Of a stretch of DNA of 64,000 nucleotides, positions 59,741 through 64,000 are shown piece after piece. The notes beneath the pieces are model-generated. The model was not told where the DNA came from and did not search any database. It worked only from the letters and a program-made list of their open reading frames with translations. Source of the stretch: a virus (Duplodnaviria; Caudoviricetes); the IMG/VR virus record IMGVR_UViG_2627853746_000004, positions 1 through 64,000 of that record; one strand, 5' to 3'. The translations under genes were made by a program, and so were the position numbers. The number at the start of each line of letters is the position of its first letter. The stretch's first letter is position 1.

Positions 59741-60298
59741 TTGAAAAAGTTTATATCTGGTTTTGTCGTAGGCGCGTTGTTGTTTGGTGGAGTCTCAGCC
59801 TTTGCTGCTTCAGGGTTAATTGGACAGAAGGTGCAGGGTCTCTACAGTATCGAAAAGGCAGGGGTCAAGGTTGCTGATGCAGTTATTATAGACGGTTCAG
59901 CCTATGCACCTGTACGGGCTGTGGCAGCCGCTACAGGTACGGGGCTGACTGTAGAAGGGAAGAAGATCATTATGCAGGATGTGTCAACAGCCCAAGCGCC
60001 AGCTGCAACACCAGCACAGGGGAGCACAAAGACACTCGCGGAATTTCAGATTGAGCGTAACAAAGTTTCTGCTGAAATTGATCAACGGCAAACTAATATT
60101 ATAGATTTAGAGAGTAGTCTCATTCCGACTTTTGAGGCTCAAGCGAAAGAACTAAGTGGAAATGGGAAACTGGGAGAAATGGCTCAGAAGACAGCCGATG
60201 AGTATAAAGCAGTAGTCGTTAAGCAAAAAGCAGAGATTGTTACGCTCCAACAACAACTTACTGATATAGATGCTCGAATCGCAGCTCTGCAAAAATAA
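59741..60298 (+). CDS. Secreted moron protein (stalk-like domain plus coiled coil)
   Basis: Signal peptide KKFISGFVVGALLFGGVSAFA; IDGSAYAPVRAVA. Confidence 0.75.
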   Translation: MKKFISGFVVGALLFGGVSAFAASGLIGQKVQGLYSIEKAGVKVADAVIIDGSAYAPVRAVAAATGTGLTVEGKKIIMQDVSTAQAPAATPAQGSTKTLAEFQIERNKVSAEIDQRQTNIIDLESSLIPTFEAQAKELSGNGKLGEMAQKTADEYKAVVVKQKAEIVTLQQQLTDIDARIAALQK

Positions 60299-60320
60299 CA
60301 TACCCTTTGGAGAATATTAT

Positions 60321-60716
60321 ATGAACAAAATATTAATTATCATCTTTTCAAGTACTCTCCTATTCGGAGGAGTCCATAGTATCTCTTTAGATAGCCTATC
60401 TTCATCAACGACTGTATCAGATTCAGATAAGGCTGGATTGAGTGATCGCTTAGTAATGTTAAGGATTGAGCGTGATGAATTGGAGTCTCAGATTTTAACA
60501 ACAGAATCCTTCATAGACAGCTACAAGAAAAATCAGGTGGATAAATGGGGAAATGAAATAGAGAAAAACCCAGACTCTCCCATGATTCCGAAATGGGAAG
60601 AAGCATTTAATGACACTAGTGAATATTTGGAACAGCTTAAAGCTGATCTTGTCACGCTTCAACGACAACTCACTAATGTAGATGCACAAATAACAGCACT
60701 AAGCAATAAACCGTAG
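60321..60716 (+). CDS. Secreted coiled-coil protein, paralog of the upstream gene
   Basis: Shared LLFGGV, IER and VTLQ.QLT..DA.I.AL. Confidence 0.65.
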   Translation: MNKILIIIFSSTLLFGGVHSISLDSLSSSTTVSDSDKAGLSDRLVMLRIERDELESQILTTESFIDSYKKNQVDKWGNEIEKNPDSPMIPKWEEAFNDTSEYLEQLKADLVTLQRQLTNVDAQITALSNKP

Positions 60717-60898
60717 TACGAGGAAAAAGTAATATAAGCCACGAGTGATAAGCATTAACATATCATTCGTGGCTTTTTTTATTTTGTCCTAATTACCGTA
60801 CTAATAACGGATAGTAGGAGTCGTTAATCAAAAGTATCCTATAACTAAGAAGGTCTCTCCTGTGGAGGGGCTTAGTTTGTTCATAGGAGGAATTAAGA

Positions 60899-61141
60899 AT
60901 GGATGAGCAACGGATCAGGGAGATTGTGAGGGAGGAACTGGCTAGTTTTGCGGAACTTCAGAAAAAGATTGAAGAGCTGGAGAAAGATCTGATCTTGTCA
61001 AAGCAACAGATGCTCCAAACCCTTCAATTGATTAACGAAAATTTCTCTGAACAATTATCAAAATTAATGGACGATCAAAGAGATTCGCTTCTCAATATAG
61101 CACTGAACGAAATTAGTCGGCAGTTTGGTAGCAAGAATTAA
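60899..61141 (+). CDS. Hypothetical coiled-coil protein
   Basis: AGGAGG RBS; IREIVREEL. Confidence 0.6.
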   Translation: MDEQRIREIVREELASFAELQKKIEELEKDLILSKQQMLQTLQLINENFSEQLSKLMDDQRDSLLNIALNEISRQFGSKN

Positions 61142-61931
61142 TAAACATGTCACCGTATACCGTAAATGCCCAATTTCCTTTTTTGAAATCTATGGATCTA
61201 CCAGATATCCAAGGGAACCTTTCGGTGTTGCTATAAAGATTAATGCATTCTTCTAGAATTGGATGATTATCCAAAACTGAATAATAATCTGCTCCTTCAA
61301 ATTTTTTATCGTAGTCTCCATTTATAAGTGATAATCTCCTAATATTTTGAATGGCAGAACGGTAATGGTAACTATTTTCTAAATTCATTTCTGGAAATGG
61401 CATGATATCATCCAACAGTAAACTATAAGATCTTGATATCCTTGTTTGGTCCGAATCTTCATATGCAACAATTGAGGCAATCGGTAAATTACGTTCTTGG
61501 GTTAATGTACTTAAAATTTTCGCATCAAAAGGAGAAAGCTGCTTTATCACTTCAACAAATGAAGGATGTGTAAGATCTTGCTTTTCGCTATCCATGGACG
61601 ATGCAATCAATTGTGCGAAAAGATTACGTATTTCGTCATGTTCTATGTGATACTTAGCAGCCTCTAATGTAGGGCCAACTATATTTAATGGGGGCTCTAC
61701 AAGTCTATCCGAGGGTATTTCTGCTACCTTAGATTCTATTTCTTCCTTAAACTTGTTAATTCTTGGCTCCAAAGAATTTCTTGCTGCATGAATGGGAGAA
61801 AAGACTAACCAGAATAGATTCCCGAGTCCTTCCCCAAGTTCAGTAGTTGGTTTCGATAAAACATTCTTGGATAATTCATTTACAGGGATTCCGAGAGCGC
61901 CCACTACTTCGGAAATTTTTTTAACATCCAT
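61113..61931 (-). CDS. Abi-alpha (DUF4393) family protein
   Basis: IVGPTLEAAKY, LFAQLIASSMD, HPSFVEVIKQLSPFDAKIL. Confidence 0.85.
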   Translation of the reverse strand: MDVKKISEVVGALGIPVNELSKNVLSKPTTELGEGLGNLFWLVFSPIHAARNSLEPRINKFKEEIESKVAEIPSDRLVEPPLNIVGPTLEAAKYHIEHDEIRNLFAQLIASSMDSEKQDLTHPSFVEVIKQLSPFDAKILSTLTQERNLPIASIVAYEDSDQTRISRSYSLLLDDIMPFPEMNLENSYHYRSAIQNIRRLSLINGDYDKKFEGADYYSVLDNHPILEECINLYSNTERFPWISGRSIDFKKGNWAFTVYGDMFINSCYQTAD

Positions 61932-61974
61932 AAACAAACCTCTCTTCTTTAGAAAATAGGCTAACATCCTACCT

Positions 61975-62000
61975 TTCGACAGAATGGGCGGTTTTTCCTG
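61975..62000 (-). promoter_or_regulatory. Sigma-H-like promoter
   Basis: Minus strand CAGGAAAA...GTCGAA (N15). Confidence 0.6.
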
Positions 62001-62146
62001 TGGAACACCAGTTCTAATAAACAGAGAAGTCAACTTCTGAATTCCCGTAGTACTACAGCATCCGCAATCAACTAAACTATAGATATAAGAAAGCCTCTCC
62101 AATTCATTGGAGGGGCTTTTACTCTTGTCTGAAAGGAGGAAACATA

Positions 62147-62356
62147 TTGGTAGTTGTAAAGAAAGTGGAATTATCGATCGATCTCACCAGACCAGCAGAA
62201 GAGCTTGTTGATTCAATTATATCGGTTCTGAGCTTTTTCCCAGGTAGACAACAAGAAATCCTACAGCAGGTTGATCATACAGTCGGAGAAATGCTGGCAG
62301 CGATGCAGCCAAAAGAAGATTTGGAACCAGCAGAAAAGACAGAAGATTCACCATAG
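62147..62356 (+). CDS. Hypothetical protein
   Basis: AAGGAGG RBS, TTG start. Confidence 0.65.
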   Translation: MVVVKKVELSIDLTRPAEELVDSIISVLSFFPGRQQEILQQVDHTVGEMLAAMQPKEDLEPAEKTEDSP

Positions 62357-62374
62357 AGAGAAAGGAGCGGGGGA

Positions 62375-62674
62375 ATGGATAGCAATGACGTATCTAATTT
62401 AGAGAAGCTGCTGCCACTGGCGGATAAGTATGGTCTGGCCTACATTGTTGCGCTGATTTTGCTGATCATCGTGGTAACCCTGGTCAGATCGATTGTAAAA
62501 GGCAACTTGGTTCCGCGTGAACTGCTGGATCGCGCTGAAGAAGATCGGGACCGGCTGCAGGCAATCTTGGACAAAGAGCGTGCGGATTTCATGGCTCCAA
62601 CGCTGGAAGTGCTGCAACGCCTTAAGATTGATCACGCTACCACAAACGGTAGCGATGAGGATAGGGGAGGATAA
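62375..62674 (+). CDS. Single-TM holin-like protein
   Basis: One TM helix plus coiled coil in the lysis region. Confidence 0.55.
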   Translation: MDSNDVSNLEKLLPLADKYGLAYIVALILLIIVVTLVRSIVKGNLVPRELLDRAEEDRDRLQAILDKERADFMAPTLEVLQRLKIDHATTNGSDEDRGG

Positions 62675-62675
62675 C

Positions 62676-62873
62676 GTGCTGTGTAATTGGATCAAACGGC
62701 TATCACCCCGGAACCGCGAAAAAGAGAGAGAGCTACACCAAGCGTCCGGCCGGGTGACTGTCTCTATTCGACGCTATAAAGATGCGTCAAAAGAGATTCA
62801 GGAGGAAATTGCGAATAACGGGTTTGCCGAATTTTTAATTTATGATCGGGGTGTTAATCATGGGGGGCATTGA
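62676..62873 (+). CDS. Hypothetical lysis-region protein
   Basis: GGGGAGG RBS, GTG start. Confidence 0.5.
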   Translation: MLCNWIKRLSPRNREKERELHQASGRVTVSIRRYKDASKEIQEEIANNGFAEFLIYDRGVNHGGH

Positions 62874-63228
62874 TATCTTGCTGCTGATTGCTTATTCTAT
62901 ATCGTTCATCTGTGCGCTGCTGCTTATGGCCGCGCTTTTTTTATACTTCCGGAAGAGATTCCGCGCCCGGGTGGTGAGTCTGTTCATGCTGGCCGCATTC
63001 TTCTTTCTGGGGGCTTATACGGTCAAGATGGCCGTAGCCTTCTGGATTCGATTCAGCAGTGTATCCGGCGACTCCGCTGTCTATGCTGCGCTGAAGTCGC
63101 AAGGCTGGGCTATTGCTCAGACCGGTACCACGCTGGGCTTGCTGATCCTGACCGTACTCATGTATACCCGGCGGCAGGATCTGTTTATGATCTTCCCGGC
63201 CGTACGGGAGAAAGAGGAAGAATCATGA
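62860..63228 (+). CDS. Three-TM membrane protein, holin candidate
   Basis: Three hydrophobic segments upstream of the endolysin. Confidence 0.6.
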   Translation: MGGIDILLLIAYSISFICALLLMAALFLYFRKRFRARVVSLFMLAAFFFLGAYTVKMAVAFWIRFSSVSGDSAVYAALKSQGWAIAQTGTTLGLLILTVLMYTRRQDLFMIFPAVREKEEES

Positions 63229-63506
63229 TTCTTCACCCTATAGAGTGGAGCGCTGGGGAGAAAGCCTGGCGCTTCTTTTGTCCGGGTTGCAAACAGTTCC
63301 ATCCCATTGTTGAAGGTCAGTGGCAGTTTAACGGTGACATGGAGCGCCCGACATTCTCACCGTCATTACTTGTTGGAGCTGGCACAAATGAAGTGTGTCA
63401 TAGCTTTATTGTCGATGGGAAAATTCAGTATCTCTCGGACTGCTTTCACGAACTGGCCGGGTCCACAGTTGATATGCCGCATTCAGAGCGGAAGGGGATG
63501 AAATAA
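63225..63506 (+). CDS. DUF6527-like protein
   Basis: FCPGC..H, WQFNG..ERPTFSPS, CHSFI.DG.I.YL.DC.H. Confidence 0.75.
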   Translation: MILHPIEWSAGEKAWRFFCPGCKQFHPIVEGQWQFNGDMERPTFSPSLLVGAGTNEVCHSFIVDGKIQYLSDCFHELAGSTVDMPHSERKGMK

Positions 63507-64000
63507 TGCTTACATTGGATCAAGTAAAGCTTAAATCCATGTCCAAGATTGAGAAGTTGCATCCGGTCCTTGTGGCGGCCACAATCGCGCTAATTGAGCG
63601 TTGCTATGCCCGGGGAGTCAATATAGTCATTACCCAGGGGCTGCGGACCATCGCGGAGCAGGATGCACTCTACGCGCAGGGTCGCACGAAGCCCGGGCAG
63701 ATCGTAACCAACGCCAAAGGCGGCACCAGTTACCATAACTACGGGGTGGCTATTGATTTCGCGCTGCTGCTTAATGATGGCCGTGTCGTCTCCTGGGATA
63801 CAAAGCTAGATGTCGATAAAGACGGCGTGTCGGATTGGATGGAAGTAGTAGACGAGGCTAACAAGCTGGGCTTTGAATGGGGCGGGGATTGGACCAGTTT
63901 TAAGGATCTCCCACACCTGCAGATGACATTTGGCTTGAGCACGGCACAGATGCGGGCAGGCCAACAGCCAGCGGCAGCAAAGGTAGCAGCGGCTTATGCC
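63506..64000 (+). CDS. Endolysin, M15C L-Ala-D-Glu peptidase (truncated by the window end)
   Basis: ITQGLRTIAEQDALYAQGRT, SYHNYGVAID, EWGGDW, DLPHLQ. Confidence 0.92.
   Translation, partial: MLTLDQVKLKSMSKIEKLHPVLVAATIALIERCYARGVNIVITQGLRTIAEQDALYAQGRTKPGQIVTNAKGGTSYHNYGVAIDFALLLNDGRVVSWDTKLDVDKDGVSDWMEVVDEANKLGFEWGGDWTSFKDLPHLQMTFGLSTAQMRAGQQPAAAKVAAAYA

Larger units (their letters stand above)
6240..64000. mobile_element. Temperate siphovirus-like prophage; right end beyond the window
   Basis: Canonical lysogeny, replication, packaging, head, tail and lysis order starting at the tRNA-derived att; long tape measure, no sheath gene recognised. Confidence 0.95.

Overview
The window holds two integrative elements that meet at a displaced 3' half of tRNA-Val(GAC) (6198-6239, minus strand). 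The host looks like a spore-forming Bacillota, probably Paenibacillus; this is inferred from the protein families. Left (1-~6200) is the end of a small integrative element with a tyrosine integrase, excisionase, XRE regulator and Rep_trans-like nickase. Right (~6240 to beyond 64000) is a nearly complete temperate siphovirus-type prophage. It carries integrase/ImmA/ImmR/Cro, an orphan ParB, an O-type initiator with iterons, DnaI, its own beta clamp, a repeat-rich C5 methyltransferase, a sigma factor, a divergent DpdA/TGT-like protein, an ArpU-like regulator, head and tail genes, and lysis genes with a truncated M15 endolysin. Accessory genes (morons) include a Septu-like ATPase+HNH pair, two HEPN-like proteins, Abi-alpha, a putative Abi, a Lon/PDZ protease, YjzC and Cse60. 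The most notable unexplained signals are: (1) a palindrome AGGAAA-NN-TTTCCT spread across the prophage, with a near copy inside the ParA-less parB gene; (2) a ~170-nt GNRA-rich structured RNA after the late regulator; (3) a shared sigma-H-type promoter in front of five dispersed morons; (4) a DpdA-like protein ending in the clamp-binding motif QLSLF; (5) a repeated GNA-triloop hairpin element at early-gene junctions. All product calls come from motif recognition by eye; no searches were run.
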